Sequence record: KX828710
Direction: 5' to 3' (one strand)
Source: Shigella phage SH6
Length of the DNA: 50,552 nt
Positions 1-8,082 of the stretch are shown one piece after another. Below the pieces are notes generated by a model. The model saw only the letters and a list, made by a program, of their open reading frames with translations. It was not told where the DNA came from and made no database searches. The position numbers were made by a program, and so were the translations under genes. Every line of letters starts with the position of its first letter. Position 1 is the first letter of the stretch.

Positions 1-5
1 GACAA

Positions 6-581
6 ATGAAAACTCAGCTTAAAGAAGTAACGGAATTTGAACTCAATCTGCCGGACTACATTCGCAAGGCGATTGAGAAGCACCAATCAGGGAATCATTT
101 CGCAATCACCGGAAACCAGATGGTAGCAATCTACGTGCATGAGCAGGCCGAGATTGTAAAGGTCACTCAGAATGTTGAGCTAACCGAGGAACAGATTGAT
201 GATGCCATCGCTAACGAGTACATCTCGCGCTCAGCCTGGTTGCTTGAACGACTCACGGCGTCGTATGTGTCCAATATCATCAAGCGACACATGCTCAAGG
301 TTCACAATAAGGCCGTGTCGGTTCGAATCAATCGCGATCCAATTGAAGGTGTAATCATATCCATCACCGAACTTGAAGGAGAGGAAGCAGACAAGGTCAT
401 ATGCGAAGCAAAACAGGGCAAGAGAGGCCGGAAGCGCAAGAGCATAGCCGATGTGTTCAATGCGAAGGTTGAGGCGTTCAGAATCGATCTGAGAGAGTTT
501 GAAGGTAGCAATATCTCAGTATCGGATCTCAATAAACTGGTGGAGCAATTCCGCGCGCATTTACTGGATGAGGAGAAGTAA
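6..581 (+). CDS. hypothetical early protein (191 aa)
   Basis: ORF track; ATG at 6 with GAGG RBS at the window end (circular junction); no motif recognised. Confidence 0.55.
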   Translation: MKTQLKEVTEFELNLPDYIRKAIEKHQSGNHFAITGNQMVAIYVHEQAEIVKVTQNVELTEEQIDDAIANEYISRSAWLLERLTASYVSNIIKRHMLKVHNKAVSVRINRDPIEGVIISITELEGEEADKVICEAKQGKRGRKRKSIADVFNAKVEAFRIDLREFEGSNISVSDLNKLVEQFRAHLLDEEK

Positions 582-583
582 TT

Positions 584-823
584 ATGAGCAAGATTAAGCA
601 TGACGCCCTGAAAGGTATCTTGATGCGACTAAACCCAGGCGAAGCATTCCAGCTTAACCCCGAGACGTTTGGATTCAATGGTGATTATCGTACAACCTTC
701 GAATTTGTCCGGTATGTAAAGAAAGAGTTTGGATTCGAAGTTATTCACGCAGGTCTTATCAATGGCATTCAGACGTTCATCTTTAAGCCAAATGAGATTC
801 GCTGCTTCACGCTGATGAAATAG
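584..823 (+). CDS. hypothetical protein (79 aa)
   Basis: ORF track; starts 3 nt after previous stop; stop TAG is first triplet of cassette motif. Confidence 0.55.
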   Translation: MSKIKHDALKGILMRLNPGEAFQLNPETFGFNGDYRTTFEFVRYVKKEFGFEVIHAGLINGIQTFIFKPNEIRCFTLMK

Positions 824-863
824 CACTTTTTGTTAAAACCGGATCGGGATAACCTGGTATAGT
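821..863 (+). promoter_or_regulatory. intergenic cassette (palindrome + hairpin + TATAGT) upstream of 895..1089
   Basis: TAGCACTTTTTGTTAAAAC; TGgTATAGT 22 nt after TTGTTA inside hairpin GGGATAAC/GTTATCCC. Confidence 0.5.
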
Positions 864-894
864 TATCCCATCGACAACGAATGAGGAAACGAAG

Positions 895-1089
895 ATGGAA
901 ACGCAAATTGACGTAGTGGTTGTTCAGCGCGACTCAACTCATGAAAAGGGTCTATTCAAGAAAGGAACCGAAATTACAATCGATCTTGAGGATATGGTTG
1001 CGTATCACTCGGGTCTTACCTGGAACGTGGTGCGCGTTGGCAGCGACTACAAACTCAAAGGCTTTAACACTTACTTTGCGGAGGCTTAA
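895..1089 (+). CDS. hypothetical protein (64 aa)
   Basis: ORF track; preceded by cassette and GAGGAAACGAAG RBS. Confidence 0.55.
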   Translation: METQIDVVVVQRDSTHEKGLFKKGTEITIDLEDMVAYHSGLTWNVVRVGSDYKLKGFNTYFAEA

Positions 1090-1091
1090 TC

Positions 1092-1559
1092 ATGACGACC
1101 ATTACCGTATTTCTGGCTAAAGATGAATTGGACGGCGAAATGTCATTCTTCGCGTTCGAGCATAAAACAGGATCGCACTGGCACATGTACACTCATTACA
1201 CGGTCATCGCAATTGAGGCTTACGACGGCGATTTCACTAGCAAGCTGAGTAATTTTATTGAAGCCGTTAAGTCTAGCGAGGGCTGCGAGTGGAAAGAAGA
1301 TCATGAAGTTATGCGAATGTATGAGATGATCAATCCGGTTCGCCTTGAGTCTTTCGAGCTTGGTTCTGATGTGACCATTAAGGTGAGAAATGCGGGTGAG
1401 TTGTTGTCGGGGATGCGTGTGCTGACTGGTTACTCTGGCCGTAAAGTGTGGCGCACTGTATCTAAGATTCGCCAGCGATCGGCAACATGCTACAGCGTAT
1501 TCTTTGAAGATGGCTGGAATATGATGTCAGGAAGTGAAGTGAAGTATCTCACCAAATAG
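1092..1559 (+). CDS. hypothetical protein (155 aa)
   Basis: ORF track; ATGA overlap with upstream gene; ends at cassette motif. Confidence 0.55.
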   Translation: MTTITVFLAKDELDGEMSFFAFEHKTGSHWHMYTHYTVIAIEAYDGDFTSKLSNFIEAVKSSEGCEWKEDHEVMRMYEMINPVRLESFELGSDVTIKVRNAGELLSGMRVLTGYSGRKVWRTVSKIRQRSATCYSVFFEDGWNMMSGSEVKYLTK

Positions 1560-1599
1560 CACGAATTGTTAAAACAGGATCGGGGTATATTGCTATAGT
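1557..1599 (+). promoter_or_regulatory. intergenic cassette upstream of 1638..1868
   Basis: TAGCACGAATTGTTAAAAC; TGcTATAGT at +22; GGGG/CCCC hairpin. Confidence 0.5.
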
Positions 1600-1637
1600 T
1601 ACCCCATTGAAACGAGATACCAATCAGAGGATTCACC

Positions 1638-1868
1638 ATGTCAATCGTCAAGAACCAGCAAGCCATCGATTCAACCAATAACAACCGCTTTGCTATTTTT
1701 ATCACATCGATAGGTCGCCGCTTTGCAGTCAAAGCCGTACCGAGCGGATACAAAACATACATGGAAGATAACGGAAAGTGGGTATGGTGCGAAAACCTTG
1801 CAAACTTCCTGGTCTGGAACGCAGACCTCCAGGGCTTTGACGATATCAGCACTTTAATTGAGGAATAA
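1638..1868 (+). CDS. hypothetical protein (76 aa)
   Basis: ORF track; cassette plus CCAATCAGAGG RBS upstream. Confidence 0.55.
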   Translation: MSIVKNQQAIDSTNNNRFAIFITSIGRRFAVKAVPSGYKTYMEDNGKWVWCENLANFLVWNADLQGFDDISTLIEE

Positions 1869-1874
1869 ATAATC

Positions 1875-2102
1875 ATGCCACGTTACAGCAACCTAACTCA
1901 ACTAACCCGCGTCAACGGGCACATGATCCCGGCAAAATCCACTCACTACGCAATGGGCGCAAAACACGGAGTCTATTTCAAGTGGCGCGGTCAATGGAAC
2001 TTCACAGCTGTGAATAATTTCTACATGCGAGTTCCAGGTGATGACCCGCAATCTGTCGTAGAAAACTCAATCGGTGACAACAAGATCGAGGTACTAAAAT
2101 GA
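1875..2102 (+). CDS. hypothetical protein (75 aa)
   Basis: ORF track; RBS-like AGGAATAAATAATC upstream. Confidence 0.5.
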   Translation: MPRYSNLTQLTRVNGHMIPAKSTHYAMGAKHGVYFKWRGQWNFTAVNNFYMRVPGDDPQSVVENSIGDNKIEVLK

Positions 2103-2209
2103 ACTTTAATACAGTAGCGCTATGGTCTGCCGTCTGGTTCTTCTGCATGGGTCACGTCATGGTCGGCATCGTGGTAATGCTTCTCCTGTGTGCTGGGGCG
2201 TTCGAATGA
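2099..2209 (+). CDS. putative small hydrophobic membrane peptide (36 aa)
   Basis: Own translation MNFNTVALWSAVWFFCMGHVMVGIVVMLLLCAGAFE; ATGA overlap with upstream stop; below the ORF-track size cutoff. Confidence 0.25.
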   Translation: MNFNTVALWSAVWFFCMGHVMVGIVVMLLLCAGAFE

Positions 2210-2379
2210 TGCGCATTCTAATTTGCATGATGGCGGCAGTCGCCATAACTATCCTGGTTGTGTCCGTCTGTGGAGAGGTAAAAGAGCGATGCCATGAAAC
2301 CGGGAACCAGGTTACTACGTTCGTGATGGTCGGCAACGTATTGCTACCAATCACATCAAATGAAATCACTTGCGAATAG
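2206..2379 (+). CDS. putative small membrane protein (57 aa)
   Basis: Internal ATG of track ORF 2122..2379 (MMRILICMMAAVAITILVVSV...), one predicted TM helix; start uncertain. Confidence 0.35.
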   Translation: MMRILICMMAAVAITILVVSVCGEVKERCHETGNQVTTFVMVGNVLLPITSNEITCE

Positions 2380-2388
2380 GATTTAACA

Positions 2389-2580
2389 ATGGCTGATTTT
2401 ATGCACCAAATGATTGCAGTATTCAAAGGCAGCGATGACCATGAAGTAAAAGAGTGCTTTACTGTCAACAAGCCTTATAACGCATCGCTAACCAGCTTCG
2501 GGAATATCTCATTGCTTGATGATAACGGCGACCCCTGGGTATTCGACGAAGACACTGATTGCTTCGAAATTAAAGAATAG
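2389..2580 (+). CDS. hypothetical protein (63 aa)
   Basis: ORF track; ends at cassette motif TAG. Confidence 0.5.
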   Translation: MADFMHQMIAVFKGSDDHEVKECFTVNKPYNASLTSFGNISLLDDNGDPWVFDEDTDCFEIKE

Positions 2581-2620
2581 CACTTTTTGTTAAAACTCAA
2601 TTCCGGGGTTGCGATATAGT
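2578..2620 (+). promoter_or_regulatory. intergenic cassette upstream of 2652..3140
   Basis: TAGCACTTTTTGTTAAAAC; TATAGT at +22 inside GGGGTT/AACCCC hairpin. Confidence 0.5.
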
Positions 2621-2651
2621 AACCCCAACAACAACGAACGAGGACGATATA

Positions 2652-3140
2652 ATGAAAATCAAATTACTTTGCACTGGCGGTTACAAGGGATTTACCAGAG
2701 ATCTGGAAGCAGATCCTATCGTGGTTGACGCGGTGAAGTGTGATTCCAGTACTGGAGGATACCGTGTTAAGGTTGACGACCTGGTAAAAGCTGGCGTGTA
2801 CGATCTGGATTATGGACTTTCGGTTAGCTCGGTAGTCGGTCCGGCAGACTTCAACGAGAAGGACGGAACGATGTTCTTCTTCGAATGGGAAGTCCAGGCA
2901 AATCCTAAGCCGCGCAAGGTTCGACTTCTCAATAATGGCGGCTACCCGATGCGCTCGGGGTATGAGAACCGCACGTTCCCGGTTATCGTTGATTTTGAAG
3001 AAATCACCGCGCACTTAGCTTATATCAACGGTGAACATCTTAATGCTGTTGGATTCGTGGGAGGTATGAATCAAGAGGCGCTATGCTTCTTCCATTGTAA
3101 AGCCGAGCCGTTCGATATTGAGTGCGAGTTAGTCTACTAA
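2652..3140 (+). CDS. hypothetical protein (162 aa)
   Basis: ORF track; cassette upstream. Confidence 0.55.
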   Translation: MKIKLLCTGGYKGFTRDLEADPIVVDAVKCDSSTGGYRVKVDDLVKAGVYDLDYGLSVSSVVGPADFNEKDGTMFFFEWEVQANPKPRKVRLLNNGGYPMRSGYENRTFPVIVDFEEITAHLAYINGEHLNAVGFVGGMNQEALCFFHCKAEPFDIECELVY

Positions 3141-3181
3141 GCACGAATTGTTAAAAGGGGTTTTGGCCTGACTGGTATAAT
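3138..3181 (+). promoter_or_regulatory. intergenic cassette upstream of 3212..3718
   Basis: TAAGCACGAATTGTTAAAAG; TGgTATAAT at +22. Confidence 0.5.
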
Positions 3182-3211
3182 CCCCACATAAACCACTAAG
3201 AGGAAAGCATC

Positions 3212-3718
3212 ATGTTAAAATTAGAAGACGTAAAATTCCCGATTAAATTTATCAGCCTGGGTTGCGGTGAAATCACGTTCAACAATGAAGATAATGGTGT
3301 ATGGGCAACGGAAGAAGTATCACAACTTAAATTGGATTGGTTTATAAATCGGCACAATGAAGTAAATCCTGAAAACTCAGCTAAGAAGGATTGCCATTAC
3401 ATTATGAGTGGCAATAAGGATGTGTACGGCACGTATGATGCCTGGAAAACTGGTCGAGCCATCTTCAACGCCGCAAAGTCAGAAATTAAGCCTATGCTGC
3501 AATGCACTCAGATCGAGAACATGCCATTGAGCGCGACGCTAAAAGGTGTCCAGCTTGATGGTAAATCTTGGCTTGAAATCACCGCTACACCGAAGACGAT
3601 CGAGGTGCATGACGATATTATCACGTTGTTATTGCATTACGGCGGCTTTAAGCACAAGACGGTATCAGGTGAAATCAGCATTAAGCGCGGAACACTTGTA
3701 CGCTATGAGGTGAAATAA
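3212..3718 (+). CDS. hypothetical protein (168 aa)
   Basis: ORF track; cassette and AGAGGAAAG RBS upstream. Confidence 0.55.
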   Translation: MLKLEDVKFPIKFISLGCGEITFNNEDNGVWATEEVSQLKLDWFINRHNEVNPENSAKKDCHYIMSGNKDVYGTYDAWKTGRAIFNAAKSEIKPMLQCTQIENMPLSATLKGVQLDGKSWLEITATPKTIEVHDDIITLLLHYGGFKHKTVSGEISIKRGTLVRYEVK

Positions 3719-3867
3719 TGGCTGCATGGGTTTTGATTATCTTGATGAGTACCGGGCCGGATCACGTATACATGGAAAGTCAGCAATCATGCAATAAGGC
3801 TAGGGAAGCAATCGCAGAGAACAAGCCGTTCGGATATGAAGTAAAAACGATGTGCGTTAAACGATAG
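3718..3867 (+). CDS. putative small exported/membrane protein (49 aa)
   Basis: Own translation MAAWVLIILMSTGPDHVYMESQQSCNKAREAIAENKPFGYEVKTMCVKR; TAATG overlap; ends exactly at cassette motif. Confidence 0.35.
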   Translation: MAAWVLIILMSTGPDHVYMESQQSCNKAREAIAENKPFGYEVKTMCVKR

Positions 3868-3907
3868 CACGAATTGCTAAACCTTCCGCAAGGCCATTTG
3901 ATATAGT
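3865..3907 (+). promoter_or_regulatory. intergenic cassette upstream of 3948..4154
   Basis: TAGCACGAATTGCTAAACC; TGaTATAGT at +22 in hairpin AAGGCCA/TGGCCTT. Confidence 0.5.
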
Positions 3908-3947
3908 GGCCTTATTGAAGCAAGGCAACCAATCAGAGGAATCAGCT

Positions 3948-4154
3948 ATGGCTACACAACTCACTCAGTGGCAGATTTACGACAAGGCATCACGCCTACG
4001 CGAATCACTTCGCGGACTGACGCCGAACGACCGCATGGAGATTATCGGTCACGCATTGCACGAACTCACGCCGCCGGACGTAACCTATCATTCATGCGGC
4101 AATAAATTCTGGAACGTGACATTCGAGGTAAAGAAAGATGAGCAAAACTCATAA
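3948..4154 (+). CDS. hypothetical protein (68 aa)
   Basis: ATG at residue 15 of track ORF 3906..4154, preceded by CCAATCAGAGGAATC RBS. Confidence 0.5.
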   Translation: MATQLTQWQIYDKASRLRESLRGLTPNDRMEIIGHALHELTPPDVTYHSCGNKFWNVTFEVKKDEQNS

Positions 4155-4425
4155 GTTAAAAATCGCCCAGATACATTTCATCGGAGTAATGAATGGGACT
4201 AAAACGGCAGAGTTCCGCGTCAATGACCGAAACTTCCAGCCCGGCGATATCCTTGAGCTACGCGAGTTCGATCGTGACGAATTTACCGGGTGGGAAGTTC
4301 ACGCCAGGGTGTCCGATGTTACAGATGTGACACCATACATCAATCGCGGGTATGACGAGCAAGAATGCGACTTCACGCAATACGTGATGTTATCAATCAA
4401 ACCTTACAGGAAGGTTAGACCATGA
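4138..4425 (+). CDS. ASCH/DUF3850-like (PUA-fold) protein
   Basis: N-terminus KLKIAQIHFIGVMNGTKTAEFRVNDRNFQPGDILELREF matches the DUF3850/ASCH pattern as I recall it. Confidence 0.5.
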   Translation: MSKTHKLKIAQIHFIGVMNGTKTAEFRVNDRNFQPGDILELREFDRDEFTGWEVHARVSDVTDVTPYINRGYDEQECDFTQYVMLSIKPYRKVRP

Positions 4426-5060
4426 AATTTGAATGCGTATCAAGTATCGGATCTGGTTTTAAGTACGGCAAAATCTACGAAGGCGCTCGCGTCAATGACG
4501 ACAGCTTCGTTATAGTTGATGAGTACGGTAGTAACGTGAACGTTGTACGGCGTCACGAATATCAGGAAATTTTCCTGCCTTATGGCGGTAGCTCAAAATA
4601 TATCTTCCATCGAATCGTGGATGGTGTTAAATTTAACGACGTAATCGAAGCAATCAACCAACTGCATAATAAAGAGGTAAGATTTATGAAATTCGAATGT
4701 ATCAGTGATAACACCAAAAAATTTACCGTTGGCAAAATCTACGACGTGCCTACTGAGCACGCAAAGCACACTGTAGCGCTGACCGACGACACGGGCCGAC
4801 ACCGCATTGCAACCGTAACTCATAATGGCGAAGGCCTTCGTTGGAACAGTGGCGGCACTAAGTTCGCAACTTTCGGTAAGAAGCGCAATCGCACTTTCCG
4901 CGTCAACGGCAAGATCAACACCAGCAAGATTAGCAACGTCAAGCCTATTAATGTTGACCGCAAGCCAGCAATGAAGTTTGAAGAGAAAGCAGACTTGTCT
5001 GGCCTAGCTATCGCTCTTGTTCTCCTTGTCGCTTCGATTTCGCTGATGTTCATCATGTAA
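4422..5060 (+). CDS. membrane-anchored protein with two tandem MKFEC...GKIY repeats
   Basis: Internal duplication (MKFECVSS..FKYGKIYEG / MKFECISD..FTVGKIYDV); C-terminal hydrophobic helix LSGLAIALVLLVASISLMFIM. Confidence 0.55.
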   Translation: MKFECVSSIGSGFKYGKIYEGARVNDDSFVIVDEYGSNVNVVRRHEYQEIFLPYGGSSKYIFHRIVDGVKFNDVIEAINQLHNKEVRFMKFECISDNTKKFTVGKIYDVPTEHAKHTVALTDDTGRHRIATVTHNGEGLRWNSGGTKFATFGKKRNRTFRVNGKINTSKISNVKPINVDRKPAMKFEEKADLSGLAIALVLLVASISLMFIM

Positions 5061-5067
5061 TTTTAAC

Positions 5068-5100
5068 GGGGAATCGACTCTGAGCGGTTCCCCTTTCTTT
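5068..5100 (+). terminator. rho-independent terminator
   Basis: GGGGAA..TTCCCC hairpin followed by TTTCTTTT. Confidence 0.55.
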
Positions 5101-5113
5101 TGGAGAAAACACT

Positions 5114-5224
5114 ATGCCAGACTTTTCTAACTGGAATAACGAGCCGCCATCATTTCAGGAGTTGCTATTCTGCCTCCTAGTCCTGACATTATCTCTTAAG
5201 GGTGTTTTATGGCTACTATCATGA
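5114..5224 (+). CDS. possible small hydrophobic peptide (36 aa)
   Basis: Own translation MPDFSNWNNEPPSFQELLFCLLVLTLSLKGVLWLLS; GGAG RBS; after terminator; speculative. Confidence 0.2.
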   Translation: MPDFSNWNNEPPSFQELLFCLLVLTLSLKGVLWLLS

Positions 5225-5427
5225 CAGCAGAAGATGCAGCGCGTGACGCGGTGGAAGGAATGCGCCCAAACACCTCCAGAATCGCACACTACTACAAATC
5301 TGAGGTGTCGGCAGTGCAATTGGTCCACGAAATTTTAAGGCTCCCACAAGTCGATTCAGCGCGCGTGGTGACGTGCTTAAAAAATTATTTTTGCATCACT
5401 ATTAAAACGAATAGCACGAATTGCTAA
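5209..5427 (+). CDS. hypothetical protein (72 aa)
   Basis: ORF track; ends at cassette motif. Confidence 0.45.
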   Translation: MATIMTAEDAARDAVEGMRPNTSRIAHYYKSEVSAVQLVHEILRLPQVDSARVVTCLKNYFCITIKTNSTNC

Positions 5428-5454
5428 AACCTATCAAGGGGAACGCGCTATGAT
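5412..5454 (+). promoter_or_regulatory. intergenic cassette upstream of 5485..5931
   Basis: TAGCACGAATTGCTAAAAC; TATGAT at +22 in GGGGAA/TTCCCC hairpin. Confidence 0.5.
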
Positions 5455-5484
5455 TCCCCTACACTAAAAAACGAGGGAACACTC

Positions 5485-5931
5485 ATGAAACATTTGATTT
5501 GCATTGAAACACCTAACGACCAGTACACTCTTCATGGCCTGGGTGTGTTCAAAGGTCACTACATTACCGCAGGAATTTACGATGCTCGTCGCGGAGATGG
5601 CGATCTAATGATTACGTCAAAAGAAGTAAATCCGTACATTATGCAGAATCTTGGCAATAACGAATATATGGCCTACGGCTGCAACGCGGTGTATAAGCAT
5701 ATCAAGATCCGCAAGCGTGTTGTGCGTGCATTCAAGAAGATTGCAATGAAATACTGGAAAATGAGCAAGAAAGATGCCGGACGTTGGGCGCGCAACGTTG
5801 CAGATTCATACTTCTATCGTAACGGCGAATCCTGCTACTTTCTGATCGATGAACTTATGGAAAACTACGGTGGCGACTTCAGCCAGGATAGCTTTGATGG
5901 CTGGGCCGACTATGAGATCAGTTGCTGGTAA
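5485..5931 (+). CDS. hypothetical protein (148 aa)
   Basis: ORF track; cassette and RBS upstream. Confidence 0.55.
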   Translation: MKHLICIETPNDQYTLHGLGVFKGHYITAGIYDARRGDGDLMITSKEVNPYIMQNLGNNEYMAYGCNAVYKHIKIRKRVVRAFKKIAMKYWKMSKKDAGRWARNVADSYFYRNGESCYFLIDELMENYGGDFSQDSFDGWADYEISCW

Positions 5932-5932
5932 T

Positions 5933-5974
5933 AGCACGAATTGCTAAAACTTGCTCAAGGGCATTTGTTAGAAT
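5933..5974 (+). promoter_or_regulatory. intergenic cassette upstream of 6015..6548
   Basis: TAGCACGAATTGCTAAAAC; TGtTAGAAT at +22 in GGGCATT/AATGCCC hairpin. Confidence 0.5.
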
Positions 5975-6014
5975 GCCCTTCGTTGAGTTAAGCAACCAAT
6001 CAGAGGAATAAATC

Positions 6015-6548
6015 ATGGATAAAATTACCATTTGGGGCCAGACAATCAACCTGTTTCTCGGCACGCGCCGCGTAGCAATCTTTGACTTTGACGGAACACT
6101 TAGCGATGGATCTGGTCGACTTCACCTGCTACCTACAAAGGATTTGCACTTAACTGAAAGCTGGTCCGAGTTTAACCGCGCGGCAATATTTGACAACCCT
6201 ATCCAAAGCACGATCGATGTGATGAACTCTATGTTTGCCGCTGGATATCATGTAATAATTTTAACCGGGCGAAGTGATGAGGTGCGTTACGCATCTGAGT
6301 TATGGCTTAAGCATCACGGCGCTCGATATGATTACTTAGTCATGCGACCGCATACCGACAACCGCAAAGACACGGTAATGAAAGAAGAGGCGGTGCGCGC
6401 GATCGGCATTGATAACATTCTGGCGGCTTGGGATGACTCGCCGCAAATTATTCCATTATTCAGATCGCTTGGGATAACCACTTACGCTGTAGTTGACTAT
6501 GGCGATAACGTTCACAATCATTTAAAATCTCACGGGGTAGATGAATGA
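6015..6548 (+). CDS. HAD-superfamily phosphatase (nucleotidase / polynucleotide 3'-phosphatase-like)
   Basis: HAD motif I FDFDGTL, motif III-like ILTGRS, motif IV AAWDDSP. Confidence 0.6.
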   Translation: MDKITIWGQTINLFLGTRRVAIFDFDGTLSDGSGRLHLLPTKDLHLTESWSEFNRAAIFDNPIQSTIDVMNSMFAAGYHVIILTGRSDEVRYASELWLKHHGARYDYLVMRPHTDNRKDTVMKEEAVRAIGIDNILAAWDDSPQIIPLFRSLGITTYAVVDYGDNVHNHLKSHGVDE

Positions 6549-6656
6549 ACCTATACGAATTTATTGCAGCGCATCCGGTATTAACGGTTATCATTCTGCT
6601 AATCATCAATCACACCATCATCAATGTGGCAAAATTATTTTTAGGGAGATACTGAC

Positions 6657-7229
6657 ATGAAAACAGCTATCATTTTAAACGGTGCGCCTGGCGCGGGAAA
6701 AGACACTATAGGGTGCATCCTGGCTGACACTTACGATCATGTAGCGCTACGCAGCTTTAAAGCTCCAATGTTTGAGATTGCCCGAGCAATCTTGGGTGAG
6801 ACTAATTTCGAGTATTTCATGTTCTTGTATGAGGACCGTCGCTATAAAGAAGAGCCAGCATCAATCCTGAATGGTAAAAGCCCGCGCCAGTTTATGATCT
6901 GGATTAGCGAGGAGGTCATCAAGCCGCAGTTCGGAAATCGCTTCTTCGGTATGCGAGCGGAAAGCAAGGTGAAAGAGTCGCACTCCCTTTCGGTATTTAC
7001 TGACGGTGGATTCAAAGATGAGATCCTACAAATGATTGAGGGTGATATCCAGGTTAAGCTATGTCGAATCCATCGCAACGGTTGCAGCTTTGATAACGAC
7101 AGCCGAGACTATATCTATCTTGACGACATGATCGGGGTTAACGGTTATCAGGAATGTGACTTCTTTTCTGTCGAAGGTCATCCAGAAATTACCGCTCAGC
7201 ACATAGCCGCCACGTTCATCAATAAATAG
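6657..7229 (+). CDS. deoxynucleoside monophosphate kinase-like P-loop kinase
   Basis: Walker A GAPGAGKDT and NGKSP motif, both resembling T4 gp1-type dNMP kinase. Confidence 0.55.
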   Translation: MKTAIILNGAPGAGKDTIGCILADTYDHVALRSFKAPMFEIARAILGETNFEYFMFLYEDRRYKEEPASILNGKSPRQFMIWISEEVIKPQFGNRFFGMRAESKVKESHSLSVFTDGGFKDEILQMIEGDIQVKLCRIHRNGCSFDNDSRDYIYLDDMIGVNGYQECDFFSVEGHPEITAQHIAATFINK

Positions 7230-7269
7230 CACTAATTGCTAAAACGTCGGTGGGGTGATTTGATATAGT
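7227..7269 (+). promoter_or_regulatory. intergenic cassette upstream of 7302..7511
   Basis: TAGCACTAATTGCTAAAAC (perfect TAGCA-N5-TGCTA palindrome); TGaTATAGT at +22. Confidence 0.5.
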
Positions 7270-7301
7270 TACCTCATCGACAACGAAGAGAGAAAATCGA
7301 A

Positions 7302-7511
7302 ATGATGGTATCAACTGATAAGTTTTTCACTTGCACTAAAACTTCTGAAGTATTCGAACTGGCTCATACTGATAATGGTGACTTCATGCATGACGGTTGC
7401 GACGTTTTCATTGAAGTGAAAGAAAGCGACTATGACGACGGAGTTTATTATAACCCGGCAGTGAACACTCAGTTTTTTACCCCGATCGAAGAGGAAGGAG
7501 AAGAAGCATGA
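7302..7511 (+). CDS. hypothetical protein (69 aa)
   Basis: ORF track; cassette upstream. Confidence 0.5.
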   Translation: MMVSTDKFFTCTKTSEVFELAHTDNGDFMHDGCDVFIEVKESDYDDGVYYNPAVNTQFFTPIEEEGEEA

Positions 7512-7852
7512 TCACGATTAACCTGTCAGATAAACAAGCGCGTGAAATCCTCGACACTATCGGTGAACAACTTCACGTAAAAGGCGCTACCGCTGAGATT
7601 CTTAACCAGATCGAAAGACAGCTAACCCCGGCATCAACGAATCAATCTGAGTTTGCAGCCTGGAAGAGCGAGCGAATCCTGCCAAATATCATCAAGGCAT
7701 GGAAGCGCAAGCATAAAAAAGAAATTAACGTTGAGGATTTATTCACCGATGAATTAAGTCCTTCAAAGGTTGCTAAATATCAGTTGCGATACATGGAGTT
7801 GGTTTTCAATCAGGTTTTAGGTGTTAATTCTTCATTTGGGAGAGGTAAGTAA
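7508..7852 (+). CDS. hypothetical protein (114 aa)
   Basis: ORF track; ATGA overlap. Confidence 0.5.
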   Translation: MITINLSDKQAREILDTIGEQLHVKGATAEILNQIERQLTPASTNQSEFAAWKSERILPNIIKAWKRKHKKEINVEDLFTDELSPSKVAKYQLRYMELVFNQVLGVNSSFGRGK

Positions 7853-8082
7853 TGTTCGGTTTAAGCGAAGCGGAGTGGAATGTTGTAAAGCGTGCCGCGA
7901 AAGAATTAAACAAATTCGTCAGCGGAATGAAGAAAGAAGATCGGAAAAACGACAAGATTATGATTGACGTAATTTCGACTCACCATAAAAAGGTCGAGCT
8001 ACTCATTGACCGCTACAAATTTGTCTGGACTGCCGGGTATATTGCAGGGCGCGTAGGTAACAAAGAAGGGGATTACGAATAA
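7852..8082 (+). CDS. hypothetical protein (76 aa)
   Basis: ORF track; stop/start overlap. Confidence 0.5.
   Translation: MFGLSEAEWNVVKRAAKELNKFVSGMKKEDRKNDKIMIDVISTHHKKVELLIDRYKFVWTAGYIAGRVGNKEGDYE

Noticed and set aside
300-345. tRNA T-arm-like GGTTCGAATC
   Set aside because: Lies inside ORF 6..581 with no acceptor stem or anticodon arm; no convincing tRNA anywhere in the window.
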